Part shown: positions 1 to 8,235 of the stretch, one piece after another
How the letters are laid out: every line of letters starts with the position of its first letter
Position numbering within the stretch: the stretch's first letter is position 1
IMG/VR virus record: IMGVR_UViG_3300003499_000007
Location: 1 to 38,102 of that record
DNA length: 38,102 nucleotides
From: a virus
Reading direction: 5' to 3' (one strand)
The notes under the pieces: generated by a model
The model's input: only the letters and a program-made list of their open reading frames with translations
The model's database searches: none
What the model was told of the DNA's origin: nothing
Made by a program: the position numbers and the translations under genes

Positions 1-54
1 CAGATACAGATACAGATACAGATACAGATACAGATACAGATACAGATACAGATA
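1..54 (+). repeat. (CAGATA)x9 perfect hexanucleotide tandem repeat; in the gene frame it reads GAT-ACA = (Asp-Thr)n
   Basis: Direct reading. Identical to 38049..38102. Confidence 0.95.
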
Positions 55-485
55 TTAAAAACAAACCCTCTGTGCATGTTGGTGATGAGTTTGCAAGATT
101 TTGGGATGCTTACCCAAAAAAATCCGGAAAAATTGCAGCAAAAAAAGCTTGGATAAAAAATAAACCGCCAATTGATGATGTGTTAATAGCGTTGTTATGG
201 CAATCAAAGTCAGACCAGTGGTTAACAGACGATGGTAGGTACATCCCAAATCCGTTAACGTATATTAATCAAGGGCGATGGCATGACGAGCCGCAAGCGA
301 TTGTTAATAGGCCAAGGAGTCATCATGATTCAATTTCAGACACTATGAGGCAAATATTTGCACCATTAGGAGAAAACAATGGAACTGGAAACAAGATTAT
401 CGACATTACCAATAAACAAGCAATTGGAAGCGGTACAGAGGATATTCCAAAGCTTAGCAATGGCCTATGGGAAAAGGCAGGCTGA
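1..485 (+). CDS. Replisome organizer / replication initiator (lambda O analogue), C-terminal part of the gene that starts at 37670
   Basis: Frame 3 is open from nt 3 (GAT ACA...) to TGA 483-485. Sequence is (DT)n-DIKNKPSVHVGDEFARFWDAYPKKSGKIAAKKAW...GRWHDEP, a motif I recall from phage replication proteins. The last A of the window plus the first CA make ACA in frame. Confidence 0.7.
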   Translation, partial: DTDTDTDTDTDTDTDTDIKNKPSVHVGDEFARFWDAYPKKSGKIAAKKAWIKNKPPIDDVLIALLWQSKSDQWLTDDGRYIPNPLTYINQGRWHDEPQAIVNRPRSHHDSISDTMRQIFAPLGENNGTGNKIIDITNKQAIGSGTEDIPKLSNGLWEKAG

Positions 486-765
486 TTTATGGCGAGAGCA
501 GGATATGCAGGCCGTGTGGAAGGACTGGGCAGACGCATTGCAAGGATGTTCATTAGGAGCTATCAAGCATGGCATTGATCTTGCAAAACTTGATACTGGT
601 AATAACCCGCCGACACAAGGGCAGTTTTTAGCACTTTGCAAAACGTACAGGCCAGAAGTTAATAAATTGCAATTGGTGCATAGATTGACACCGGAGCAGA
701 TTGAAGAAAACAAGCGTCGTATAGCTGAGATAACAAATAACTTGGCTAAAAAACAAAGAGCATGA
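379..765 (+). CDS. Lambda P-like replication protein (putative helicase loader)
   Basis: AGGAGA lies 6 nt upstream of ATG 379. NPPTQGQFLALC resembles the lambda P segment PFLPSPGQFVAWC. Sits directly after the O-like gene. Confidence 0.5.
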   Translation: MELETRLSTLPINKQLEAVQRIFQSLAMAYGKRQADLWREQDMQAVWKDWADALQGCSLGAIKHGIDLAKLDTGNNPPTQGQFLALCKTYRPEVNKLQLVHRLTPEQIEENKRRIAEITNNLAKKQRA

Positions 766-938
766 AAAATAAATGCTCCACCTGCAAACACAGACGCTAC
801 ACGCCATCCAAGACAAGCACAGTATGCTTAATGGCTCGCTGGTGGTGTAGTCTGCACAGGCACAGGAAGCTGATAGGCGAAGGACATAACAGGGATTTGG
901 AAGCGGCAAAAGGATGTGACAAATGGGAGAAACAATGA
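762..938 (+). CDS. Small Cys-rich protein (58 aa), below the ORF-track cutoff
   Basis: MKNKCSTCKHRRYTPSKTSTVCLMARWWCSLHRH... Has ATGA start/stop overlaps with both neighbours (762-765 and 935-938). Confidence 0.5.
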   Translation: MKNKCSTCKHRRYTPSKTSTVCLMARWWCSLHRHRKLIGEGHNRDLEAAKGCDKWEKQ

Positions 939-1273
939 TTAAAACAAAAGCAGTTGCTAAAACGCCGGGCGAAGAAGGGTTTTGTGTGCGAAGTATGGAT
1001 GTATTTCTTGCCGGAGCGAAGAAGGATAAAAAAGAGCGATGGATTGCCGATCATGACCTTTGGACGGCAGATATTGCAGGCTCAATTAGGGTTATTACGC
1101 CTGTTATTGTGGCGCAGAAATTATATTGGATGGATGTGGTAACCGGAACAATATATAACGCTAACGGATGGTGTGCCACTTCTGGCACTTTGTCGATTAA
1201 GGATGGAAGTATTGTGAAAAACAACGAATTTGCAGTTAATTTTTTAATGTCATTAAAAGAGGTTGCAGAATGA
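935..1273 (+). CDS. Hypothetical protein
   Basis: ORF-track frame. ATG 935 overlaps the upstream stop (ATGA). An alternative start is 923. Confidence 0.6.
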   Translation: MIKTKAVAKTPGEEGFCVRSMDVFLAGAKKDKKERWIADHDLWTADIAGSIRVITPVIVAQKLYWMDVVTGTIYNANGWCATSGTLSIKDGSIVKNNEFAVNFLMSLKEVAE

Positions 1274-1545
1274 GTGAGAGCGATGAAATTTTGGAGCCAT
1301 GTGTTAGACGTGCAAGAAAAGGAAAACGTATTCAGTGGACAGGTGATAACACAGATAAAATACTGGATTGTCTTGAAAGCAATGAATTCCGTGGAGAATT
1401 ATTCAGGGATTACATCCAGATTTACAAAGATAAATCATATTGCAACACTCTAAGAAGGACTGACTGGATATTAAAACAGGGAAATGGCGAGATTAAATTT
1501 TTGAATGATGAAACAATGCAATCAAAGTATGAGCCGATAAAATGA
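1270..1545 (+). CDS. Hypothetical protein
   Basis: ORF with 4-nt overlaps to both neighbours, in an operon context. Confidence 0.6.
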   Translation: MSESDEILEPCVRRARKGKRIQWTGDNTDKILDCLESNEFRGELFRDYIQIYKDKSYCNTLRRTDWILKQGNGEIKFLNDETMQSKYEPIK

Positions 1546-2261
1546 ACGATAAAATTACATTATTAAACATGGATTGCATGGAGTACATGCGCGGATTGCC
1601 GGACAAGGCGTTTGATTTGGCTGTCTGCGATCCTCCCTACGGGATAAACGCTCCAACAATGTCAGCCACTCCTTGTCAGCGGCAGACAGGGAGTAAGCGA
1701 CTTAATGGTGGTGGCGGAAAATTGAAAGATAGAGTACTAAATAATGCTGAGTGCAATTGGGATTCGTGCATCCCAGATGAAGATTATTTTGCAGAGTTGT
1801 TTCGTGTTTCAAAAAATCAAGTAATTTGGGGCGGTAATTATTTTACGCTTCCCCCGAGCCGGGGATATGCAGTATGGGACAAAGTGCAGCCGTGGCCTAA
1901 CTTCTCTGCCACTGAATTTGCTTGGTCTAGTTTTGATTGCCCGTCAAAACTTTTTAAGTTTGATAATCGAACAGGCGACAAAATTCACCCCACGCAAAAA
2001 CCAGTAAAACTCTATGAATGGCTTTTAACCAACTACGCAAAACCCGGACAGCGCATCTTAGACACGCACCTAGGCAGTGGAAGCAGCGCAATAGCGTCGT
2101 ATAACCTTGGATTTGAATTTGTGGGCATGGAGCTTGATGCAGATTATTACGCTGCGGCTTGTAAAAGATTTGAGCAGCACAAAGCACAGGGTAATTTATT
2201 TATTCCAGACACACCGCAAGATGCTTACGAGCAGACGGATTTATTGTATGCAAGTAAATGA
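1542..2261 (+). CDS. DNA methyltransferase, beta-class N6-adenine/N4-cytosine type
   Basis: Motif IV CDPPYG comes before HPTQKP and the AdoMet motif LDTHLGSGSS. That order is the beta permutation, as in CcrM/HinfI-type enzymes. Confidence 0.85.
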   Translation: MNDKITLLNMDCMEYMRGLPDKAFDLAVCDPPYGINAPTMSATPCQRQTGSKRLNGGGGKLKDRVLNNAECNWDSCIPDEDYFAELFRVSKNQVIWGGNYFTLPPSRGYAVWDKVQPWPNFSATEFAWSSFDCPSKLFKFDNRTGDKIHPTQKPVKLYEWLLTNYAKPGQRILDTHLGSGSSAIASYNLGFEFVGMELDADYYAAACKRFEQHKAQGNLFIPDTPQDAYEQTDLLYASK

Positions 2262-2817
2262 AAAACAGTTAAAGACTAAGAAATGCAAATCATGTGGTGA
2301 AAAGTTTATCCCATCCAAACCATTGCAAATTGTGTGCGGATGGGAATGTGCTAATGTTTTAACAGCTAAAAATAAGCTAAAAGCAATCAGGAAAGAACAA
2401 AGAGAGGAAAGGAAGAGGTTAAAAGGCCGCAGAGAATGGCTTAAAGACGCGCAGGCTGCGTTTAATTCGTATATTAGGTATAGGGATAAGGATGAGCCAT
2501 GTATAAGCTGCGGAAGACACCATACAGGCCAATATCATGCAGGTCACTATAAAGCCACATCAATCAGGCCATCTTTGCGGTTTAACGAAGATAATGTACA
2601 TAAACAATGCCAGCCGTGTAATTTCCATTTGCGCGGTAATTTATTGAACTATAGGATTGAACTGATTAAAAAAATAGGTCAGGATAGGGTTGATGTGCTT
2701 GAATCTTCACCTGAATATAAAAAATGGAGCATTGCAGAATTAGAGGAAATATATATAAAATACAAGAGGATGCTAAAAGAGGCGCAAAAATGCGCCCCAG
2801 TTTGCTATATGAAGTAG
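2248..2817 (+). CDS. ninG: NinG/Rap-like recombination endonuclease
   Basis: CKSCGEKF...CGWEC...CISCG...GHY...CQPCN pattern and size typical of lambda NinG. ATG 2248 overlaps the end of the MTase gene. Confidence 0.75.
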   Translation: MQVNEKQLKTKKCKSCGEKFIPSKPLQIVCGWECANVLTAKNKLKAIRKEQREERKRLKGRREWLKDAQAAFNSYIRYRDKDEPCISCGRHHTGQYHAGHYKATSIRPSLRFNEDNVHKQCQPCNFHLRGNLLNYRIELIKKIGQDRVDVLESSPEYKKWSIAELEEIYIKYKRMLKEAQKCAPVCYMK

Positions 2818-3003
2818 GGGCTTTGCACCCCTTCGCCGACTTTGGTAGTTTTTCATAACTCACAAAAGCACGCCTTAATTAGGGCGACAACCTTGCGGCA
2901 TTTTTTTCCATCGGACGACCGCACCATGTCTTGACCGCCTGGGCATTCGGGCATGGCGACGCTTGAAACTCAAACTTAAAATATAATTTAATCACAGTGT
3001 TTT

Positions 3004-3228
3004 CTAATCGTCAATATCTGTAATAATCACATGCGGGTTTTCACACTTACGCGCGCGGATCATCTTAGATTGAAAATCAAGCGTGCAATCTTCGCAAAAG
3101 CCGTACTTATTAGGAACCGCCAGCCGTGCGATAAGTTTCCAGCTTTCGTATTGTTCCGCAGTAGAGCATTTTGGAACGCTTGATATAAAATGTACTCTTG
3201 TATCAATTACTTGTTCTGTATTGGCCAT
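3004..3228 (-). CDS. Hypothetical Cys-containing protein (74 aa)
   Basis: ORF in the reverse-oriented island. Contains CEDC plus two other Cys. Confidence 0.55.
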   Translation of the reverse strand: MANTEQVIDTRVHFISSVPKCSTAEQYESWKLIARLAVPNKYGFCEDCTLDFQSKMIRARKCENPHVIITDIDD

Positions 3229-3236
3229 AATAATCC

Positions 3237-3518
3237 TTATTTTACGTATACATCGGATGGCATTAATACAATGCCTATTTTGTGACGATCAGCAGGACGG
3301 AATTTATACCATTTTTCCATGATTCGCTCGTGATGGTTGGCAGCGTCAGTCATTAAAGCTCGATGTTCTGCTAGTGTGTAGCGTAGGCCGTCGATAACTC
3401 TCTGTTCTGCATTATTCCTGATTGCTTTCCGATATTCCCATGCTGTAACTGAGAATGTACGTCCTGCGCGTTCAAGATTGCGTTGTGCTGATATTTTTAC
3501 GTCGAATAGTTCTTTCAT
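3237..3518 (-). CDS. Hypothetical protein (93 aa)
   Basis: ORF lying 8 nt upstream of 3004..3228 on the same strand. Confidence 0.55.
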   Translation of the reverse strand: MKELFDVKISAQRNLERAGRTFSVTAWEYRKAIRNNAEQRVIDGLRYTLAEHRALMTDAANHHERIMEKWYKFRPADRHKIGIVLMPSDVYVK

Positions 3519-3564
3519 TTTGTCTCCTTTTGTGTGTTTTTATATTCGCAAGCTGCTTGCTTCC

Positions 3565-3678
3565 CTATTTAATAGGAAAAAATAACGCTACAACAAACAG
3601 GATTGCGACAATTGCTCCAAATAGAAACGGTGCAACCCAGTTGTTTATAATATTGTTCATACCTTCATCATTGTACAT
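3565..3678 (-). CDS. Small membrane protein (37 aa), below the ORF-track cutoff
   Basis: AAGGAG lies 7 nt before the ATG. MYNDEGMNNIINNWVAPFLFGAIVAILFVVALFFPIK has one clear hydrophobic helix. Confidence 0.5.
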   Translation of the reverse strand: MYNDEGMNNIINNWVAPFLFGAIVAILFVVALFFPIK

Positions 3679-3742
3679 AATCAGCTCCTTGTTTATGCAA
3701 CATTGCATGGTTCACATATTACCGAGCTTTTCAAATTCAATA

Positions 3743-3756
3743 TTGATCTATATCAA
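3743..3756. promoter_or_regulatory. Operator-like dyad TTGATCTATATCAA, copy 1, just upstream of the late -35
   Basis: Exact 14-mer also at 3792..3805 and inverted at 32998..33011. The arms TTGAT/ATCAA are inverted repeats. Confidence 0.6.
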
Positions 3757-3761
3757 TTTTC

Positions 3762-3789
3762 TTGCAAAAAATCGTAAAGTGTGTAATAT
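3762..3789 (+). promoter_or_regulatory. Candidate sigma70-type promoter of the packaging/late operon
   Basis: TTGCAA, 16 nt spacer, TAATAT. Lies upstream of terS and is the only sizeable gap before the 22 kb + strand operon. Confidence 0.45.
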
Positions 3790-3791
3790 AC

Positions 3792-3805
3792 TTGATCTAT
3801 ATCAA
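3792..3805. promoter_or_regulatory. Operator-like dyad TTGATCTATATCAA, copy 2, at the predicted transcription start
   Basis: Exact repeat of 3743..3756, 49 bp downstream. Confidence 0.6.
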
Positions 3806-3830
3806 TAATTGGACGTATCGCATTAATCTG

Positions 3831-4214
3831 ATGGCATTAACAACTAAACAAGAAGCATTCGCGCAGGCTGTAGTATCTGGTATGAATCAATCAGATGCGT
3901 ATCGTTCTGCATATAAAGTCAAACCAGAAACCAAGCCAGAGTCGGTTAATGTTAACGCATCAAAAATGATGGCTGACGCTAATGTGGCGCAAAGGGTGCA
4001 TGAGTTAAGGGCTGAACTTGCAAATAAAGCCCTTTGGACACGCGAACAGTCGGTTGCAGTGCTTGTAAATGTAATCAATGAGGGTGAGTCAAGGGCTGGT
4101 GATAAAATCAACGCTGTGAAGGTTTTGAACGATATGCAAGGGTTCAATGCTCCAGAAGAACATGTTATTAAAGCCACAGTTGTTCAGCGTATTGAGTTAG
4201 TGGCGTTAAAATGA
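3831..4214 (+). CDS. terS: Terminase small subunit
   Basis: MALTTKQEAFAQAVVSGMNQSDAYRSAY... is the typical N-terminus of the small terminase family. Lies directly upstream of terL with a 4-nt overlap. Confidence 0.8.
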   Translation: MALTTKQEAFAQAVVSGMNQSDAYRSAYKVKPETKPESVNVNASKMMADANVAQRVHELRAELANKALWTREQSVAVLVNVINEGESRAGDKINAVKVLNDMQGFNAPEEHVIKATVVQRIELVALK

Positions 4215-5533
4215 TTTCAGCAAGGATTGCGCTACCTGAAAAGCTGATACCTGTATTTGACGGGCCGGCTGATGTGCGTGGCGCATATGGTGGGCGGGGA
4301 TCGGCAAAAACACGTAGCTTTGCAAAAATGGCGGCTGTGCAAGGTTATATTCATGGTAATGCGGGGACAAGTGGAATTATCTTGTGTGCAAGACAGTTCA
4401 TGAATTCGCTAGAGGATTCAAGCCTTGAAGAAGTAAAACGCGCGATTGATGATGAGCCTTGGCTTGCTGAGTATTATGAAATAGGCGAGAAGTACGTTAA
4501 AAGCAAAGATGGACGTATTAACTTCACATTTGCCGGACTTGATCGAAATATAGCAAGTATAAAATCCAAAGGGCGGCTATTGCTTTGCTGGATTGACGAA
4601 GCTGAGCCAGTAACAGATGAGGCGTTTATGACGCTTATTCCTACATTGCGCGAGGAAGGTACAGATTGGAACGCTGAATTATGGGTTACCTGGAACCCTA
4701 AAAGAAAGAGTGCGGCGGTAGAGTCAAGATTCAGGAATAGTAATGATCCTTTAGTTAAAGTAGTTGAATGCAATTGGCGTGACAATCCTAAATTCCCTGC
4801 GAAACTAGAGCGTGACAGACAGAGAGATTTAGAAGAAAGACCTGACCAGTATGAACATATTTGGGAAGGCGCATATGTTTCAACTTTGGTTGGAGCGTAC
4901 TACGCAAAGCATATAACACAAGCGAGGATGGAGGGGCGGATAGGTAGGGTAGGTGCTGACCCGCTTATGACGCTTCGGGCTTTTGTTGATATTGGCGGAA
5001 CAGGTGCTAGAGCTGACGCTTTTACAATATGGGTGGCTCAGTTTATCGGCAAAGAAATTCGAGTACTTAATTATTATGAAGCGGTTGGTCAGCCTTTAGC
5101 CACTCATTTATCATGGTTGCGTTCAAAAGGATATTCGCCTGATAAGCTTACCATATGGCTGCCTCACGATGGCAATACGCAAGATAAGATATTTGATGTT
5201 TCACATAAGTCCGCGTTAACTGATGCAGGTTATACTGTTGAAGTTGTTCCAAATCAAGGGAAAGGTGCTGCAATGGCACGGGTAGAATGTGCCAGAAGGA
5301 TGTTTCCCCAAATGTGGTTTAATGAAGAAACAACGCAAGCGGGCTTAGACGCTGTTGGTTACTATCATGAAAAGCGTGATGACACGAGAAATATCGGTCT
5401 TGGCCCTGAACATGATTGGTCTAGTCATGGCGCGGATAGTTTTGGACTAATGGCTATTGTTGCCGATGCAGTTGGTGCAACAAGTCTTGCAGCAAAGCCA
5501 ATTAAATATAAATCAGGTCGTTACATCGCATAA
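4211..5533 (+). CDS. terL: Terminase large subunit
   Basis: Walker A GGRGSAKT and Walker B LLLCWIDEAE, with a C-terminal nuclease-like region. Size and position fit. Confidence 0.9.
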   Translation: MISARIALPEKLIPVFDGPADVRGAYGGRGSAKTRSFAKMAAVQGYIHGNAGTSGIILCARQFMNSLEDSSLEEVKRAIDDEPWLAEYYEIGEKYVKSKDGRINFTFAGLDRNIASIKSKGRLLLCWIDEAEPVTDEAFMTLIPTLREEGTDWNAELWVTWNPKRKSAAVESRFRNSNDPLVKVVECNWRDNPKFPAKLERDRQRDLEERPDQYEHIWEGAYVSTLVGAYYAKHITQARMEGRIGRVGADPLMTLRAFVDIGGTGARADAFTIWVAQFIGKEIRVLNYYEAVGQPLATHLSWLRSKGYSPDKLTIWLPHDGNTQDKIFDVSHKSALTDAGYTVEVVPNQGKGAAMARVECARRMFPQMWFNEETTQAGLDAVGYYHEKRDDTRNIGLGPEHDWSSHGADSFGLMAIVADAVGATSLAAKPIKYKSGRYIA

Positions 5534-5546
5534 ATAGGACGCATAC

Positions 5547-7835
5547 ATGAAAATGGACGATACAGAATTCCTTGAGCTGCTAAGACAAAAAGAGCAGGCA
5601 GCCAGTCACTACATCCATGGGCAATTAGCTAGTGAACGAGTAGACGCAATGCGCGAATACTACCGATTGCCTTATGGCAACGAAGAAGACGGATGGAGTC
5701 AGATAGTAGCTAGTGATGTGTCGGATTCAGTCGAATGGATACTTCCTGCATTACTCAAAACCTTTACATCTACTGATAAAGCTGTATCGTTTGAGCCTAT
5801 CAATGCTGATGATGTGGCGGGAGCCGAACAAGCGACTGACGCATGTAATTATGTATTCTACAAGCAAAATAACGGCTTCCTTGTGTTGTACACAGCAATC
5901 AAAGATATGCTCATAATCAAGAATTGTGCTGTTATGTGGCGCAAGGAAGAAACAGAAACTGTATCAAGTGTGCCGTTTAAAGACGCTACTGAGGAAATGC
6001 TTGCTTTGATGCTGCAAGAATCAGAGGATGGCGAAATTGAGATGGCTAATCCAAATACATTACTAGGACAGGATGGTCAGCCGCAATTAGATGAAACTGG
6101 TCAACCTGTCATTGTATATAGCGGTCGCATGAAAAAGACCGAAAAGCGCAAGATTGTTAAAGTTGAGGCGTTCAATCCAGAGGATTTGCTGGTAGATCGT
6201 GAATGGACAAGCCCGCTACTTGCAGATTGCCCGTATGTTGCACGGTTAATTCGCGTCACTCTGTCAGATTTAAAGATGATGGGTTATGACTGTGATGCTG
6301 ATGATTTGAGAGCAAGCGACCATGGTGATTTAACGAATAGACTTACTGCGGTAAACAAACTAGAAAGCACACAAACTGCCGATTTTGGCGATACCGACAG
6401 AACAAATCCAGATGATTCCATGGCTACTGGCTGGCTGCGCATGGAATACATTCTATGCGACAAAGACGGTGATGGGATAGCTGAAAGGATTTGCGTTTAT
6501 AGGCTGGAAGAAAAAATACTAAAGGAAGAAGTTGTTAACCATGTGCCGATTGCCACTGCCAGCCCGATATTAAATACTCATAGATGGGACGGAATGAGTA
6601 TTGCTGATGCTGTTTCTGACTTGCAAAAGCTGCACACTGAATTATTACGTCAAACTCTAAATAATCTATATCTTGCAAATAATCCGCGTACTAAAGTGTT
6701 GACGGATGCGAACTGGACACCACTCGCCAATATTGATGATCTATTGGATTCAAGAATAGGTGGAGTGGTTAGACAGCGCGATATAAATGCGGTTACTGAG
6801 CAAGTCACGCCGTTTGCTGCCGGCGCATCCATGCCAATGCTTGAGTATGTTCAGTCAATGCGCGAAAATCGCACAGGAGTATCGCGTACAAGCCAAGGAT
6901 TGAATCCTGACAGCATGAACAACACGGCTACTGGACGCGCTATGGATATGACTGCCGCGATGCAACGGGTAGAGTTGATAGCTCGGATAATTGCTGAGAC
7001 GCTTGTTAAACCGATATTCCAAGGTATTCTTAAAGTATTAACCGATGGCGACATGCAAAAAATGTGCTTTAGGTTGAGAGACGAGTTTGTTGAGTATGAT
7101 CCTAACGAATGGCGTGATCAGTACGACATGACTATTAATGTTGGTTTGGGTACTGGTGATGTACAGCAAAAATCTGCTCAATTAATGATGATTGCACAAC
7201 TTCAAAAAGAAGGTTTGGCGGTTGGATTGACTACTCCTGCTCACTTGTATCACACAGGCTCGAAGATTATCGAGAATGCTGGATTTAAAGACGTGCAGAA
7301 CTTCTTGCAAGACCCGTCTAAACAGCCACCACAGCCAAAGGAGCCGCCAATTGAGATACAGATCGAACAATTACGCATACAAGCTGATGCTCAGAAACAT
7401 CAAGCAGAGACGCAACGAGATGTACAGAAATTCCAGGCTGAAACACAGATGACGCGAGAGGTAGAGCAGCTTAAAGCTGATGCTAAACTACGAGAAATAC
7501 AAGGTAATCTTGAGTTACAGGCTGCAAATGACATAAGAGATTCTGAGCGCGAACAAAATAAAGCGATGATGGATGCTCAACTTGCACAACAAAAAATCGA
7601 GTTTGACAGGTGGAAGGCTGAGTTTGAAGCAAAGACGAAAATTTACATTGAAGAAATGAAAATCAGGGGCGCGACACCAGAGGACGAAACACAAGAGCAG
7701 AGCAATATGGCACAAGTAATGCAGGGATTGGAGATATTGCAGGCTGCGGTTGCAAAGATGTCAGGGCCGAAGCGTATTGTCCGTGGGCCAGATGGTAGAG
7801 CGGTTGGAATTGAACACGTTAATTTAAATGAATAA
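5547..7835 (+). CDS. Portal protein with a long C-terminal coiled-coil extension
   Basis: 762 aa ORF directly after terL. The C-terminal roughly 170 aa are Q/E/K-rich and helical. Confidence 0.8.
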   Translation: MKMDDTEFLELLRQKEQAASHYIHGQLASERVDAMREYYRLPYGNEEDGWSQIVASDVSDSVEWILPALLKTFTSTDKAVSFEPINADDVAGAEQATDACNYVFYKQNNGFLVLYTAIKDMLIIKNCAVMWRKEETETVSSVPFKDATEEMLALMLQESEDGEIEMANPNTLLGQDGQPQLDETGQPVIVYSGRMKKTEKRKIVKVEAFNPEDLLVDREWTSPLLADCPYVARLIRVTLSDLKMMGYDCDADDLRASDHGDLTNRLTAVNKLESTQTADFGDTDRTNPDDSMATGWLRMEYILCDKDGDGIAERICVYRLEEKILKEEVVNHVPIATASPILNTHRWDGMSIADAVSDLQKLHTELLRQTLNNLYLANNPRTKVLTDANWTPLANIDDLLDSRIGGVVRQRDINAVTEQVTPFAAGASMPMLEYVQSMRENRTGVSRTSQGLNPDSMNNTATGRAMDMTAAMQRVELIARIIAETLVKPIFQGILKVLTDGDMQKMCFRLRDEFVEYDPNEWRDQYDMTINVGLGTGDVQQKSAQLMMIAQLQKEGLAVGLTTPAHLYHTGSKIIENAGFKDVQNFLQDPSKQPPQPKEPPIEIQIEQLRIQADAQKHQAETQRDVQKFQAETQMTREVEQLKADAKLREIQGNLELQAANDIRDSEREQNKAMMDAQLAQQKIEFDRWKAEFEAKTKIYIEEMKIRGATPEDETQEQSNMAQVMQGLEILQAAVAKMSGPKRIVRGPDGRAVGIEHVNLNE

Positions 7836-7847
7836 AGGGGAAATATA

Positions 7848-8225
7848 ATGGCTGCAAATTACAGAACATCATTGAAAACAACTCGCATGACTGCCGTGCG
7901 GGATGATATAGACTCGGGAGCGGGTGCTGGATATATCGAGATATGCTCGTCGGCATACGCTTCTGTGCTTGCGACAATAACGCTTGCCGACCCTTGTGGT
8001 TCGGTAACAGGTGATACACTGACGTTCACTATGCCAAAATCTGATACCAGTGCAGATGCTACCGGAACCGCTGCAATTGCTAGGATTAAGGAAAGCGCAG
8101 GAACAGTGATTGTTCAAGGGCTTACTGTTGGAACAAGTGGCACTGATATTATTCTTTCGTCTTTGGCGATCACTGCTGGCGACACTGTTACTTTAAGCTC
8201 TGCAACTATTACTCATAGCGCATAA
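7848..8225 (+). CDS. Hypothetical virion-module protein
   Basis: ORF with an RBS context, in the block between portal and scaffold. Confidence 0.6.
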   Translation: MAANYRTSLKTTRMTAVRDDIDSGAGAGYIEICSSAYASVLATITLADPCGSVTGDTLTFTMPKSDTSADATGTAAIARIKESAGTVIVQGLTVGTSGTDIILSSLAITAGDTVTLSSATITHSA

Positions 8226-8235
8226 AGGATAAATC

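Noticed and set aside
575-587. 13-mer TTGATCTTGCAAA shared with 15121..15133, resembling the start of the operator dyad
   Set aside because: Both copies lie inside coding sequence and lack the second half-site. Several 13-mer coincidences are expected by chance in 38 kb.
2818-3003. Terminator between the convergent NinG gene and the reverse island (GGGG..CCCC at 2818-2836; T7 run near 2902)
   Set aside because: The stems are only 4-5 bp, and the T run is not immediately preceded by a stable GC hairpin. A terminator probably exists here but I cannot place it.
3455-3808. 117-aa + strand ORF, and the TTG 3762 start given for the small terminase
   Set aside because: The 117-aa ORF runs through the intergenic control region and is antisense to the SD-preceded 37-aa membrane ORF. 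The terS homology begins at ATG 3831, and TTG 3762 coincides with the -35 hexamer.
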